Origin: Psychrobacter sp. DM4
Lineage (GTDB): Bacteria > Pseudomonadota > Gammaproteobacteria > Pseudomonadales > Moraxellaceae
Direction: 5' to 3'
DNA length: 32,000 nt
Assembly: GCF_051307035.1 (NCBI RefSeq)
Contig: NZ_CP195536.1
Span: forward strand, 2,610,001 to 2,642,000
Shown here: one piece after another, positions 19,125-29,433 of the stretch
How the letters are laid out: each line of letters begins with the position of its first letter
How positions within the stretch are numbered: the stretch's first letter is position 1
Made by a program: the position numbers and the translations under genes
Notes under the pieces: generated by a model
Seen by the model: the letters and a program-made list of their open reading frames with translations, nothing else
The model's database searches: none
What the model was told of the DNA's origin: nothing

Positions 19125-19679
19125 ATGCGACTGCTACCCAAGCGATTTGAAACCCTAAAGCGTAATACCAAAAAAAATATAGTGCCGCTACTCACACCGT
19201 ATTTACTCAAATTACGTATCAATACCTATGCGCCTTATATCGGTGCAGGTATCAAAATCGATTATGTTGATTTGGATCAAGGGCTTTGTGTTGTCAGCAT
19301 GGGTCTAACTGCTTTGAACAAAAATATCGTAGGCACGCAGTTCGGTGGCAGCCTCTACTCTATGGTTGATCCGTTCTATATGCTGATGCTCATGCATCAG
19401 TTGGGCAATAAATATGTAGTCTGGGACAAAAGCTCACATATAGATTTTGTCGCGCCTGGCAACAGCAAAGTCACTGCTCGTATCAAAGTGCCTACTGGTG
19501 AGATTGCTACCATCAAGACACTTACTGAAAATGGAGAAGCTGTGTTTCGCGAATATACTGTAGATGTCGTCGATGAACAGCAAAAAATCGTCGCCACAGT
19601 GACCAAAAATCTCTATATCCGCTTACGTAAGCACAGTAAATCTAATGAACAAAATAGCCGCATGCCTATCCCTGATTAG
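19125..19679 (+). CDS. DUF4442 / YiiD_C-like hotdog-fold protein (putative thioesterase)
   Basis: 184 aa. PYIGAGIKIDYV....GLCVVSMGLTALNKNIVGTQFGGSLYSMVDPFYMLML resembles the DUF4442 hotdog family as I recall it. It is divergent from the HNH ORF. Confidence 0.55.
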   Translation: MRLLPKRFETLKRNTKKNIVPLLTPYLLKLRINTYAPYIGAGIKIDYVDLDQGLCVVSMGLTALNKNIVGTQFGGSLYSMVDPFYMLMLMHQLGNKYVVWDKSSHIDFVAPGNSKVTARIKVPTGEIATIKTLTENGEAVFREYTVDVVDEQQKIVATVTKNLYIRLRKHSKSNEQNSRMPIPD

Positions 19680-19762
19680 TAGGCTAAACACAGAATCGAC
19701 AACTCACATAACCTTCTAGACCCCTGTTTAATCTAAATCCCTGTTTAATAGATGTCCATACA

Positions 19763-19798
19763 AAAACCCCAATCTAACATTCGCTAGATTGGGGTTTT
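19763..19798. terminator. Bidirectional rho-independent terminator (DUF4442 ORF / rplS)
   Basis: aaaaccccaatcta-acattcgc-tagattggggtttt forms a perfect 14-bp stem with an 8-nt loop. It has an A-run upstream and gtctttttt downstream, between convergent genes. Confidence 0.85.
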
Positions 19799-19906
19799 GT
19801 CTTTTTTGGTATGCCTACTTATTTATAAATAAACCTATGAATAAGGGCATATTGCTGATCTTTATAATCAAAGACAGCTTGAGCTTTGATACTTATGCTC
19901 GATACC

Positions 19907-20338
19907 TTAGATACCAGGAGCCGTATCAACCGCGTCAGGAACGCCGGCGTCAGTTTTCTTCTGAGCACCCTGCTTTACTGGACGTGCGCCGAGCTTTTCG
20001 CGGATACGTGCTGATTTACCAGAACGCTCACGTAAGTAGTACAGTTTCGCACGACGAACCGCGCCGCGACGCTTCACTTCGATACTATCAATAATAGGTG
20101 AATGCAACTGGAATGCACGCTCAACACCAACGCCGCTTGAGATTTTACGAACGGTAAATGCAGAGTTTAAACCGCGATTACGCTTAGCGATAACGACGCC
20201 TTCAAAAGCCTGTAGACGCTCACGCTCACCTTCACGTACTTTTACTTGTACGACGACAGTATCGCCAGGGCTGAAACTTGGGCGTTCTACCAGTTGAGAA
20301 TTTTCAACACTTTGAACCAATGGATGCTTATTGCTCAT
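19907..20338 (-). CDS. rplS: 50S ribosomal protein L19 (with about 25-aa C-terminal extension)
   Basis: [16 protein letters not shown]...[79 protein letters not shown] is canonical L19. It is the last gene of the rpsP operon. Confidence 0.95.
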   Translation of the reverse strand: MSNKHPLVQSVENSQLVERPSFSPGDTVVVQVKVREGERERLQAFEGVVIAKRNRGLNSAFTVRKISSGVGVERAFQLHSPIIDSIEVKRRGAVRRAKLYYLRERSGKSARIREKLGARPVKQGAQKKTDAGVPDAVDTAPGI

Positions 20339-20507
20339 GAGAGTTATCTCCTCACATTAGATAATAGAGGCTTTACGCATATCACCTGTTTGTAATAATT
20401 GATTATATCCATCATCGATAATTTACGATGGGATACAACATAAAGGGGTTAAGATACGGCCATAAATAAACAGCACGTTCTAATATTATTTACACTAATA
20501 CTTGATC

Positions 20508-21278
20508 TTAATTACTATTTTTGTTTTCTTTAGCCAACGCCTTGAGCCATTTTTCTTGCGCAGGCGTTGGCACAAATGCTTGCCATAGATCTGGACGCCG
20601 TATTTGAGTACGAGTGACCTGTTGACCAAAGCGCCACTTAGCAATATTGGCATGATGACCTGAAAGTAGTACCTCAGGAACCTTCATACCAGCGAACTCA
20701 TGAGGCTTAGTATAGTGTGGACAGTCCAGCAAGCCATTGACGAACGAGTCTTGCTGAGCGGACTTATCATCGCCCATAATATCAGGCAAACGACGTATTA
20801 CACTGTCCATCACTACCATTGCTGGTAGCTCACCACCTGTAAGTACATAATCACCCAGTGACACTTCCATATCAACATAGTGCGATAGTAAGCGCTCATC
20901 GATACCTTCGTAACGACCGCATAATAAAATCATGCCATCGTACTCGGCCATATCGACCACACTAGACTCACTGAGCGTCTGTCCTTGCGGCGACATATAA
21001 ATCACCGGACATCTCGCGGCGCTGATACGGCAACCATGCTTGGCAGCTCGCAACTTGGCATCCTCGATAGCTTGCGCTAGGGGCTCTGCCATCATGACCA
21101 TACCAGGACCACCCCCAAAAGGACGATCGTCGATACGGCGATAATTGTCAGTGGTATAGTCGCGAGGATTGATGCATTCTATCGTAACTTGATTCTGAGA
21201 GACTGCCCGACCTGTGATACCAAACTCACGAATCGACACAAACATCTCAGGAAAAATACTTATTACGGCAAAATACAT
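20508..21278 (-). CDS. trmD: tRNA (guanine37-N1)-methyltransferase
   Basis: [55 protein letters not shown] and PHYTKP are TrmD motifs. Confidence 0.95.
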   Translation of the reverse strand: MYFAVISIFPEMFVSIREFGITGRAVSQNQVTIECINPRDYTTDNYRRIDDRPFGGGPGMVMMAEPLAQAIEDAKLRAAKHGCRISAARCPVIYMSPQGQTLSESSVVDMAEYDGMILLCGRYEGIDERLLSHYVDMEVSLGDYVLTGGELPAMVVMDSVIRRLPDIMGDDKSAQQDSFVNGLLDCPHYTKPHEFAGMKVPEVLLSGHHANIAKWRFGQQVTRTQIRRPDLWQAFVPTPAQEKWLKALAKENKNSN

Positions 21279-21284
21279 CAGGCG

Positions 21285-21815
21285 TCAATAATCACTTAGC
21301 CAAGCCACAAGAACGGTTTTACGAGCCATATCGACTTGTAATACCGTTTGCTTGTGCCACGGTATCAGACGCTCTTCATTGTCTAAGCTGTCTGACGTTG
21401 TCGCAACGCGCATAATGTCATGAGCTCCAGTTTCGAACATCTCAGCGATATCGCCCAAATACTCGTCCTGCTCATTTGTTACCTTTAAACCTACCAAATC
21501 TGACCAGTAGTACTCGTCTTCATTAGTCGCAGGCAACACATTTTGCTCGACCCAGAGGGTGACACCATTCATCGTTTCAGCGACATTACGATCAGGCACT
21601 TGCTCAAATTGAGCCACAAGGCCTGTACCTTGTTCGCGCCAAGCTTTTACGGTCAGTGGCTTCATGCCAGTGGCTGTTTTCATCCACCACGGCTGCATGT
21701 CAAATATTGCCGCACGGTCATCAGTATCACTAAATACCCATAACCAGCCCTTTATGCCATAAGGCTTTTTGAGCTGGCCGATTTTCATAAGAGTATCAGC
21801 AGTAGGGGTAGACAT
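21285..21815 (-). CDS. rimM: 16S rRNA processing protein RimM
   Basis: KIGQLKKPYGIKGWLWVFS plus the PRC-barrel C-terminal region. It lies 6 bp upstream of trmD. Confidence 0.9.
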   Translation of the reverse strand: MSTPTADTLMKIGQLKKPYGIKGWLWVFSDTDDRAAIFDMQPWWMKTATGMKPLTVKAWREQGTGLVAQFEQVPDRNVAETMNGVTLWVEQNVLPATNEDEYYWSDLVGLKVTNEQDEYLGDIAEMFETGAHDIMRVATTSDSLDNEERLIPWHKQTVLQVDMARKTVLVAWLSDY

Positions 21816-22014
21816 AACGGTTAACCTGACAGTAGCTAACTAAGTTATAACTCACAAAAACAGCTATAACAAAGAGATAAGCTATGACTAACAAAAATAA
21901 TAAACAACTAATCGCGCCTGCTGGCTATGCCAGTTACGCTAATATTTCAAACCGCTTAATTTGTACTCAAGGTATTTATTAAGCGATCGCTAACTTAAAA
22001 GTAATCGCTAAAAC

Positions 22015-22281
22015 TTAAGCGCTTACTTCTGCATTAGCAGACTTGTTGTAAGCCTTTACCAAAGAAGCCACGCGATCTGAAGGTTGTGCACCTTTTTCGA
22101 TCCAAGCATTGTACGTCTCCATGTTCAAACGTACTGCTTCTTCTGACTCTTTGGCGAGCGGGTTAAAAAAGCCAATGTTCTCAATGTAGCGACCATCACG
22201 CGCGCGGCGTTGATCAGCAACAACTACTTGATAAAATGGGCGTTTCTTGGCACCGCCCCGTGCTAAACGAATAACAACCAT
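22015..22281 (-). CDS. rpsP: 30S ribosomal protein S16
   Basis: [41 protein letters not shown] is canonical S16. Confidence 0.96.
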   Translation of the reverse strand: MVVIRLARGGAKKRPFYQVVVADQRRARDGRYIENIGFFNPLAKESEEAVRLNMETYNAWIEKGAQPSDRVASLVKAYNKSANAEVSA

Positions 22282-22529
22282 GTGAATTCTCTCTTTCGCA
22301 GGTATACCAAAAAGGGCATAATTATATCATAGACTTCGTATATTGAACATATAAACTATATTTATTTACTTATTAAGCAACCACTGCTCAAACAGCGCTT
22401 ACTTGCCATCATGATGACCGCTCAAAAAAGGTAAGCGTGTCTATACTCGGTACCTATAAATGATAAGAGTCGCTGGTTGTCATAGCATGCCACCCGCTAT
22501 TGCACTATACTTTACAACACCTATCATAA

Positions 22530-23993
22530 GTGCTGAAACTGGTTATGGCCATACCTCCTGCTCCGCTACGCCGTAAAAGCTGGTCTGAACGATCTTACTC
22601 GAACAGTTGGCTGACAACCTTAACGGTCGCTTTTATCGTACTTATTAGTGTCGGCTTAACTATTTTGTTTTTTTGGCGCAGTTTGTATTTACCGGAGCTC
22701 AAAAATCACGCTCGTTATCTGACCAGTGAGCTGCGACTAATGAGCGGGGTTCGAGAAGATTGGCGAGATGATCCTAGAGTTCGTCAATGGATTTATCAGC
22801 ATTCACATGTCGTCGTCGTCGATAGTCCTAATGATTTTCCGCAAGTAGAAGACAAAGCCTTTGTGGGTTTGTTCACTGATGTGTTGCAAAACGAGATTAG
22901 CGCTCAGCTTGGACGACCTGTAGAGGTGTATTTCAAATTCAAACCAACGCCGCAGCTTTGGGTACAAGATAGCGGTGATAAGAGTTTTTGGATTCGTGAG
23001 CCTGTGGTTTACTACTCTCAGTATAGTCCTGTGCTCTTAGTGCTGTTTTTGATCGGTTTACCCATATTAACTCTGTTAACGATTATTTTGTTGGTGCAAC
23101 AGTTGAACCGACCGTTGCGTTATCTACAGCGTGCGGCAACCAATTATATTCATTTGGGTCATGCGACTACGTTGCCAACAGGTAGCGGTCCTACCGAAAT
23201 CAGGCAAGTGAACACAGCCTTTAATCGTCTATTCACTACCCTCAATCAAGCTCAAAAAGAGCGTACAATCATGCTCGCTGGTATCTCTCATGATTTGCGT
23301 ACACCGCTTACCCGTATGCGCCTAACTGCCGAGATGTTACCTGATGACTTTTTTCGAGAAGGTTTAATCTATGATGTCGAGGATATGGATGCCATCTTGG
23401 AGCAGTTTATCTCCTACATGAAAGATGGCTCTGATGAGCCAGTACGTTTGACAAATTTGGACACGATATTCAATGAGATCATGGTTCAATTCGCGCCTAT
23501 GTCTTTTATTTATCAGTCAGAATGTCACAAGCTCGTACCGGTAAGACCGCTATCTATCAAGCGCCTTGTGATTAATTTGGTTAATAATGCTAAGCGTTAT
23601 GGTAAGCCGCCTATAACCCTCTCAGCGACTGTAGTTCCGACTTTTATAGAGACTGTAGTCGTAGAAGATGCGGACGTCGTTAGTGAGAGCGAAGTCAATA
23701 TAGAGGCGCAAGAGCAGCTAGTGATATGTGTACGTGATTGTGGTGAAGGGGTCGCAGAGGATCAGTTGGAGCGTATTATGCAGCCCTTTGAGCGCGGTGA
23801 GACAGCGCGTACCACTCAAGGTAGTGGACTAGGTCTGGCAATTGTCAATCGAATCGCACATCTTCATCATGGCACTGTTGAAGCTATAAACCATCCTGAT
23901 GGCGGCTTGCAAGTGTGCATACGCATACCCCTACTCTCAAAAGTTACAGGCGAGGATCGCATGCCAACTAAAAAATTAGATCATAAGTCGTAA
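22530..23993 (+). CDS. envZ: EnvZ-type sensor histidine kinase (no adjacent response regulator)
   Basis: It has two TM segments flanking a periplasmic region, then a HAMP-like linker. The H-box is LAGISHDLRTPLTRMRLTAEML, nearly identical to the EnvZ H-box as I remember it. The N-box is LVNNAKRYG and the G2 box is GSGLGLAIV. The start is either the GTG at 22530 or the ATG at 22545. Confidence 0.8.
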   Translation: MLKLVMAIPPAPLRRKSWSERSYSNSWLTTLTVAFIVLISVGLTILFFWRSLYLPELKNHARYLTSELRLMSGVREDWRDDPRVRQWIYQHSHVVVVDSPNDFPQVEDKAFVGLFTDVLQNEISAQLGRPVEVYFKFKPTPQLWVQDSGDKSFWIREPVVYYSQYSPVLLVLFLIGLPILTLLTIILLVQQLNRPLRYLQRAATNYIHLGHATTLPTGSGPTEIRQVNTAFNRLFTTLNQAQKERTIMLAGISHDLRTPLTRMRLTAEMLPDDFFREGLIYDVEDMDAILEQFISYMKDGSDEPVRLTNLDTIFNEIMVQFAPMSFIYQSECHKLVPVRPLSIKRLVINLVNNAKRYGKPPITLSATVVPTFIETVVVEDADVVSESEVNIEAQEQLVICVRDCGEGVAEDQLERIMQPFERGETARTTQGSGLGLAIVNRIAHLHHGTVEAINHPDGGLQVCIRIPLLSKVTGEDRMPTKKLDHKS

Positions 23994-24030
23994 ATAAACG
24001 ACATCTGCGGTAGCGAAATTCAAGTGATGT

Positions 24031-24210
24031 CTACTTTTTGGTACCGATAGGCGGTGGAATGTGTTCAGCGCTGTTAGTAAAGCTCAAAGGTTGAGTGATT
24101 TGTGCCTGCGCTTCTTGCAAGCTTTGTGTCGTTGACGGCTGCTTGACAAATAAAAAGTAGCCGAGTGCTAACGCATTCAATAAGACTAAGCCACCAAACA
24201 GATATGGCAT
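24031..24210 (-). CDS. Small single-pass membrane protein, 59 aa (below the ORF-track cutoff)
   Basis: My translation is MPYLFGGLVLLNALALGYFLFVKQPSTTQSLQEAQAQITQPLSFTNSAEHIPPPIGTKK. The ATG at 24210 is preceded by AAGGAGAG with 6-nt spacing. One N-terminal TM helix is followed by a polar tail. It starts 53 nt downstream of the bfmS-like stop on the same strand. Confidence 0.55.
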   Translation of the reverse strand: MPYLFGGLVLLNALALGYFLFVKQPSTTQSLQEAQAQITQPLSFTNSAEHIPPPIGTKK

Positions 24211-24263
24211 ATTAACTCTCCTTGTTATTCAAGTGGTTTTTCCAATGCATCCCTATGCTTTAT

Positions 24264-25949
24264 CTAGCTATCAAAAGTACGTTCGCTTCTTTCTTGGGTA
24301 ATTTCATCTGCTGAAATAGTTTGAGTTAAAGGTTTGATTGGCCATGTCATAATAAATCGCGCACCACCAAGCTCTGGACTCTCATCAACACTCATACTAC
24401 CACTAAACCAAAAAGCAATACGCGAGACGATAGATAGGCCCAAGCCATAGCCGCCTGACGCTCGCGTACGACTATCATCTAAACGCGCAAAAGGAATAAA
24501 GACCTTTTCACGATCAGCTTCTGGAATACCCTGTCCATCATCTTCGACACTCACAAAAGCATCCCCTTTTCTAACACCCGCACTGATGATAATCGTTGTC
24601 TCAGCATAACGCAGAGCATTACCTGCCAAGTTCTGAATGACGCGGTGCAAATAGCGGCGATCAGCAATAGCAGTGACTTTGCCACTTGGTGGATTGCCGA
24701 CGATTTTGATATCTTTACCCAACGCATTGGTCTCACGCACGATCTGCTCTATAAGCTCTTTTAGATTGACAGGTTCTAAATCGAGCTTTGGCGATCCTTC
24801 CTCGAGTTTGGCATAGGTTAAAATCTCATCAATTAAGCCATTCAAGGCTTCGATATCTTCGTCAATATAGTCACGCTGCGTAAAGCGCGACTCCTCATCG
24901 TCAGTATCTGCCAGCATATCGACAGCAAAACGAATACGAGCAACAGGCGTACGCAGCTCGTGTGATACCGCACGGGTAAGCTCGCGCTGAGACTCAATGA
25001 GACGTTTAATATGTTCAGTCATCGCATTAAAAGTAGCTGATAGCCGTGCAATCTCATCTTGACCTATCACTTGTACTTGTATATCTAGATTGCCTTGACT
25101 GACTTCATTGACCCCGATTTGAATCAACTGTAGCTTGCGCTCAAGCGGGAAGATCAGCGCGTAGACTCCTAAACTGATCAAGAACATACTGATTAAGACC
25201 ATGCTCACAATCAAGTTGAGCGGGAACCAATTAAATAAGGGTACAGGGCCTATCAAGATCGCCATGTCATTAATCTCGGATGGCACTACGATTTTGAGTG
25301 AAGAATTGCTTTGGCTGTTGTTCGTGTCTTGCAATAAGATAACGACTTCATCGCGGCTAAGTCGCGCCATCTGATCACTATCTAAGTTAAGCGCATTGAC
25401 ACCTTGAAAACTTAAAGGAAAAGGAAACTTCTCTTCTAGTACATTCAAACGCGCGCGTTTTTCAGACAACGTAGTGTAATAAGACAAATCATCTAACAAG
25501 AAAACGGCTATCGCACGAACCTGCTGTTCAGTCACTTGCGATACTCTAGCAGTCAAAACCCCGCTATCATCTGGTAGCTTATGATAAACATCTGCATAAG
25601 TCGGTTGACTACTATAGCGGACTACTGTCTGAGTGTCCTCCAGACGACGAAGCTCGTTTGACGTAAAGTCTATCGTTTCAGTAGGTTTGATCGTAAATGT
25701 AGTCCCAAACAGGCTGCTAGCGTCAGACAACCAATACTCTCGTTGTATCTCATCTTTTTGGTGATCTATCCCTTCACTAATAAGATAAAAAGCCCCTGTT
25801 GCCATATCCTCGCGATAAGACTGCACACGCTCTTTATTGATCGTCTCCATTAACAACTGAGCGAATAGCGCTACGCACAAACAAACTATCAAGAGACCAG
25901 CGTAAATGCGGACAAAAATACTGTGTTTCAAAGAAGAGACTAATGACAT
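24264..25949 (-). CDS. bfmS: Sensor histidine kinase, BfmS/RstB-like
   Basis: TM1 (IFVRIYAGLLIVCLCVALFAQLL), a large periplasmic domain, TM2, then HAMP (LSATFNAMTEHIKRL). The H-box is AVSHELRTPVARIRFAVDML, the N-box is NLAGNALRYA and the G-box is GGYGLGLSIV. The ATG at 25949 is preferred, with the GTG at 25964 as an alternative. The symbol rests on pairing with the BfmR-like regulator and on N-terminal similarity recalled from Acinetobacter BfmS, so treat it as tentative. Confidence 0.8.
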   Translation of the reverse strand: MSLVSSLKHSIFVRIYAGLLIVCLCVALFAQLLMETINKERVQSYREDMATGAFYLISEGIDHQKDEIQREYWLSDASSLFGTTFTIKPTETIDFTSNELRRLEDTQTVVRYSSQPTYADVYHKLPDDSGVLTARVSQVTEQQVRAIAVFLLDDLSYYTTLSEKRARLNVLEEKFPFPLSFQGVNALNLDSDQMARLSRDEVVILLQDTNNSQSNSSLKIVVPSEINDMAILIGPVPLFNWFPLNLIVSMVLISMFLISLGVYALIFPLERKLQLIQIGVNEVSQGNLDIQVQVIGQDEIARLSATFNAMTEHIKRLIESQRELTRAVSHELRTPVARIRFAVDMLADTDDEESRFTQRDYIDEDIEALNGLIDEILTYAKLEEGSPKLDLEPVNLKELIEQIVRETNALGKDIKIVGNPPSGKVTAIADRRYLHRVIQNLAGNALRYAETTIIISAGVRKGDAFVSVEDDGQGIPEADREKVFIPFARLDDSRTRASGGYGLGLSIVSRIAFWFSGSMSVDESPELGGARFIMTWPIKPLTQTISADEITQERSERTFDS

Positions 25950-26145
25950 ACGTACCGTGACCACTTATTATAAGTAGAGATAAATGCTAAAGCGCTGATA
26001 GCAAGGCTTGATAGAAAACAGCTAATAAATGACGATGAACCCATCATCACCTGTCAAAATAGTGTTCCATTCGCTAACGCGTTTAATGATGGCCTAATTA
26101 AACCATATAATGAGCACTATAAGTTTAAAAATTAAATGCAAACCC

Positions 26146-26172
26146 ATAAAAAAACCAGCCTGATGCTGGTTT
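26146..26172 (-). terminator. Rho-independent terminator between the response-regulator and kinase genes
   Basis: The minus-strand RNA reads AAAACCAGC-AUCAG-GCUGGUUUU followed by UUU. There is a GC-rich 7-bp core (AACCAGC/GCUGGTT) and 7 consecutive T on the minus strand (plus-strand A-run 26148-26154). It lies about 65-90 nt after the bfmR-like stop. Confidence 0.75.
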
Positions 26173-26236
26173 TGATACACTGCTAACTGTCATAGACGTT
26201 CACTACGAGTAAACGCTCAATCAGCAATCCAATAGT

Positions 26237-26953
26237 TTAATTGCCTTCTTTTACGAATAAGTAGCCTTTACTACGAACCGTCTTAATACGTTTTGGATTC
26301 TCTGGATCATCACCAATCTTGGGACGAATGCGCGAGATACGAACATCGATAGATCTATCCTGACCATCATACTCAATACCACGCAAGCGCTCAAAGATAT
26401 CTTCACGTGACAGAATACGGCCTGCATTAGAAGCAAGCAACCATAATAGATCGTATTCAGCGCTGGTAAAGTCAACCAACTCATCGCTGAGCATCACTGA
26501 ACGTCCACCGTTATCTATAACCAATTCACCAAACTCTAGGCGCTGCGGTACATCTTCAGATGGCGCATTCTCTGAACGGCGCAATAACGCACGAATACGA
26601 GCCAACAGTACGCGCGGCTGAGCAGGTTTTGCGACGTAGTCGTCAGCACCCATCTCTAAACCTAATACTTGATCCATATCTTCAGTGCGAGCTGTCAGCA
26701 TGAGAATAGGGTTTTGATAATGCGGACGTACTTCTCGGCATACTGTCAGGCCATCACTGCCTGGCAACATAACATCGAGCACGACTAGATCTGGCTGCTC
26801 GTTGACGATACGGCGAATAGCACGATTACCATCAGTTTCTATAGCGACTTCCAAGCCGTTCTTGACCAAATAATCTTGAGTCAGCATAGCCAGACGCTCA
26901 TCATCCTCAACGATCAAAATTCGCGGGGTATTGTCTTCTTCGTTCGTGGTCAT
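26237..26953 (-). CDS. bfmR: OmpR/PhoB-family response regulator, BfmR/RstA-like
   Basis: From the ATG at 26953 (GAGGA SD 8 nt upstream): MTTNEEDNTPRILIVEDDERLAMLTQDYLVKNGLEVAIETDGNRAIRRIVNEQPDLVVLDVMLPGSDGLTVCREVRPHYQNPILMLTARTEDMDQVLGLEMGADDYVAKP. The winged-helix C-terminus includes VDFTSAEYDLLWLLASNAGRILSRE and RIKTVRSKGYLFV. This is very close to Acinetobacter BfmR as I recall it. The track start at 27013 is a TTG and is rejected. Confidence 0.88.
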   Translation of the reverse strand: MTTNEEDNTPRILIVEDDERLAMLTQDYLVKNGLEVAIETDGNRAIRRIVNEQPDLVVLDVMLPGSDGLTVCREVRPHYQNPILMLTARTEDMDQVLGLEMGADDYVAKPAQPRVLLARIRALLRRSENAPSEDVPQRLEFGELVIDNGGRSVMLSDELVDFTSAEYDLLWLLASNAGRILSREDIFERLRGIEYDGQDRSIDVRISRIRPKIGDDPENPKRIKTVRSKGYLFVKEGN

Positions 26954-27412
26954 TGTGTTGTCCTCTAATACATCTAAATTAAAAAGCGATAAATTATTAA
27001 AATTAAATGCCAATAAAGCGGCTCGACTTGTCTTTATATAAGTAGTGCAAGTGCAGTAGCACAGTATACTACCAAACTGTTAGCTTCCTATACTATAGCT
27101 TATAGACGTTAACAAAACCTATAAATAATACCTATCAGTACTTTAGTTAACGTCCAAAATTCATATCTCTACGAGGTTGAACTAGACATAATTACTTTAT
27201 CAGCTATTCAGTAATATAACTGTCACTTACTATTCTTAATATTATTTGATGCAAGGCATAAAGTCTTGTGCTTGATACTATCAAAAACGACTATTTTGCG
27301 ATAAATAACATAATGGCAGATTAACTGTAATCTTGACTACTTATATATCAATAATTATGATTGAAAAATCTGTATGCAAGGCTTTTACAAGGAAAACTAA
27401 AATTTTAGACAT

Positions 27413-27446
27413 AAAAAAACAGCCCATGATGGACTGTTTTTTCATA
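27413..27446 (-). terminator. Terminator after atpC (end of the atp operon)
   Basis: aaaaaaa-cagccca-tga-tggactg-tttttt forms a 7-bp stem with one central mismatch. It is flanked by A and T runs and starts about 14 nt after the atpC stop. Confidence 0.65.
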
Positions 27447-27459
27447 ACGTGTAAGAGTA

Positions 27460-27876
27460 CTAAACGCGGTTTTGGAATTTACGAATAGTTTGCAGCTGTG
27501 CTACTGACTCTGCTAACGAAGCTAAGGCGGCGTTGGTCTGTACCGTATCTGATTGATTCACTAACATCTGCTCTGCCTTTTTGCGCGCTTCGACGATTTT
27601 ACTTTCGTCAAGGTTATTTGCACGCATAGCGGTATCTGCTAATACCGTTACCATCTTTGGCTGTATCTCTAGTACACCGCCTGATACATAGATAACTTCT
27701 TCTTCACCATTGGCCGCTTGTACGCGCATGGGGCCTGGTTTTAATAAAGTAATCAGTGGCGTATGACCTGGCAATACACCAATCTCGCCCTCGATACCCG
27801 TTGCGATTAGCATACTGATATCGCCTGAGTATAACTCTTCACGAGCACTTACGACGCGGCATTGTAATGTTGCCAT
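27460..27876 (-). CDS. atpC: F0F1 ATP synthase subunit epsilon
   Basis: MATLQCRVVSAREELYSGDISMLIATGIEGEIGVLPGHTPLITLLKPG matches epsilon. It follows atpD. Confidence 0.94.
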   Translation of the reverse strand: MATLQCRVVSAREELYSGDISMLIATGIEGEIGVLPGHTPLITLLKPGPMRVQAANGEEEVIYVSGGVLEIQPKMVTVLADTAMRANNLDESKIVEARKKAEQMLVNQSDTVQTNAALASLAESVAQLQTIRKFQNRV

Positions 27877-27951
27877 ACCTAATTCCTTATTATAAAAGTA
27901 GCTACTTGATAAAGTGAGTAGTCAATCGCCCTACTCACAGTCTAGAGTAGA

Positions 27952-29403
<1,452 letters not shown>

Positions 29404-29433
29404 CTATATTCTATATTATCTATAGGGGATCAG

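Noticed and set aside
19789-20094. 101-aa plus-strand ORF overlapping the terminator and rplS
   Set aside because: It starts inside a terminator hairpin and runs antisense to canonical L19.
21868-21966. 32-codon plus-strand ORF (MTNKNNKQLIAPAGYASYANISNRLICTQGIY) in the rpsP-rimM spacer
   Set aside because: It is antisense to a ribosomal-protein operon, with a weak SD and no recognisable features. It is too short to distinguish from chance.
26134-26202. 22-codon minus-strand ORF (MTVSSVSKPASGWFFYGFAFNF) spanning the bfmR terminator hairpin
   Set aside because: It has no SD, and the ORF is most simply a by-product of the hairpin and U-tract sequence.
27249-27382. 9-bp direct repeat ATGCAAGGC at 27249-27257 and 27374-27382 in the bfmR upstream region
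   Set aside because: A single 9-mer recurrence within about 460 bp is roughly what chance predicts, and no further symmetry or phasing is present.
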